Source of the DNA: Octopus sinensis
Lineage: Eukaryota
NCBI RefSeq assembly: GCF_006345805.1
Contig: NC_043006.1
Span: forward strand, 50,096,001 to 50,160,000
DNA length: 64,000 bases
Direction of reading: 5' to 3'
The position numbers and the translations under genes are program-made. The notes beneath the pieces were generated by a model. It did not search any database and was not told the DNA's origin. It saw only the letters and a list, made by a program, of their open reading frames with translations. Below, one piece after another: positions 62,700 through 64,000 of this stretch (the stretch's first letter is position 1; each line of letters starts with the position of its first letter).

Positions 62700-64000
62700 C
62701 CAAATAATTGATGAGCAGCAGACTGCCGAGACCCACCTTTTAGAGTTTAGTCGATAATATCAACTCAAACACTTAATTTCGAATTGATTTTAATGGTTTC
62801 TAATTACTGAGTAGCTAAGTTTATAAGAGTCGCTGTTTTTTTAAGGAGAACTTTTCCATATAACTGAAATCAAACAACTGAAATATATTGAAAGCGAAAT
62901 AAATTTAACTGCGCACAAACCAGCAAACAAACAGTCTTCCCAGACATGGCGAGCTTCCAATGAAATTATTGACCGCAAAAGTACAATTAAGTTGAAACTA
63001 AAAGCCACAAATCTGCAGGAATTACGAAACTAATGGAAGGAATATTTCCAAAACCTCCTCTTTAATACTCCAGTATTTCAGAAAGACCTATAGAAACTGT
63101 TGTTAGACATGATCTAGATATCAAATTTTGTAATTTCACATTAGGTGAACTAACTGGAGTGCCTAAAATGCCTAAACACAGGAAGCAGCTGTATTAGAAA
63201 ATATATAACTAGATGATTGAAAAACAGGCATTTAATGATATTCTCTTTCAATGTTACAGTGCAGTTTATAATCACAACCAAATTGAAATGCGAACTTAAG
63301 ATTGTATTCTATTTCCCAAGAAAAGTAATTCAGACGAGGCTAAAATTACTGAGTGATTAGTCTTAGAGTGTAATAGCAATAACTACTTATTGTTAAACCA
63401 TAGACAGTCGGAGGTCGTAAAGTTGTTTCGAAGAAAGCAAAGCAGGTTCAAGAAAAACTGGTTTACTTGTGGAAAGATATTAATAGTCAAAAGGATCGCT
63501 GTGAGAGCCAGGCCATCATATTGCTTGTAGACTTCTCAAAAACTTTCGACTCAGTCCATTGAGACAAAACGGAATATCTCCTTCTTACATGTGGTTCAGA
63601 TCAAGAAGTAGGGGCAGCAATAATGATGTTCTGCACAAGAGCTAAAGTACGATCATCTGCTAAAGTACGATTAGCTGGAGACATCGATTTCTTCAATATC
63701 AAGGGAGGTATCTTGCAAAATGATACGCTTATACAATTCTAGTTTACTTTCTGCCTAGACTATCATCTGCACTTCAACTGACAAAAAAAAAAAAAAGAAC
63801 TCGGATTCACGCTCACAAAGTCCACTTTCGTTGGTCACACATCTCTAACAACCTAAAAACAACAGAAGCAGATAATGTTGATAATATCGATCTCTTCGTA
63901 GTTACCATCTCAGAAGCTACCATCCTTCTACATCACCTTGAAAAGGAGCAGAAGATATTACTCTTTATACCAGTGTCTTAACGTATGCATTGTTGTTTAG
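62700..64000 (+). pseudogene. Degenerate LINE (RTE-like) reverse transcriptase fragment
   Basis: WKEYFQNL...AIILLVDFSKTFDSVH...DFFNIKGGILQNDTL...FCLDY...ELGFTL, with stops and frameshifts; it runs off the window end. Confidence 0.75.

Overview
This is AT-rich, microsatellite-dense eukaryotic genomic DNA. The SINE families and repeat density resemble an octopus or other cephalopod genome (inference from recall; no database search was run). One spliced protein-coding gene can be reconstructed on the + strand: five GT-AG exons at 2529-11460, 227 aa within the window, with no start exon found. It joins a TFPT/INO80F-type coiled coil to a C-terminal HMG box, the domain layout of fungal Nhp10 rather than of vertebrate TFPT. 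The rest is mostly transposable-element debris: several tRNA-derived SINE families, restriction-endonuclease (R4/Dong-like) LINE 3' ends in microsatellites, an RTE-like RT fragment, two mariners, pogo and hAT relics, and Helitrons with intact termini. Penelope-like fragments carry minimal hammerhead ribozyme motifs, including an inverted pair with a G3:C8 core and a compensatory stem change. No CRISPR array, rRNA or intact tRNA was found. Most ORF-track entries are microsatellite artefacts.
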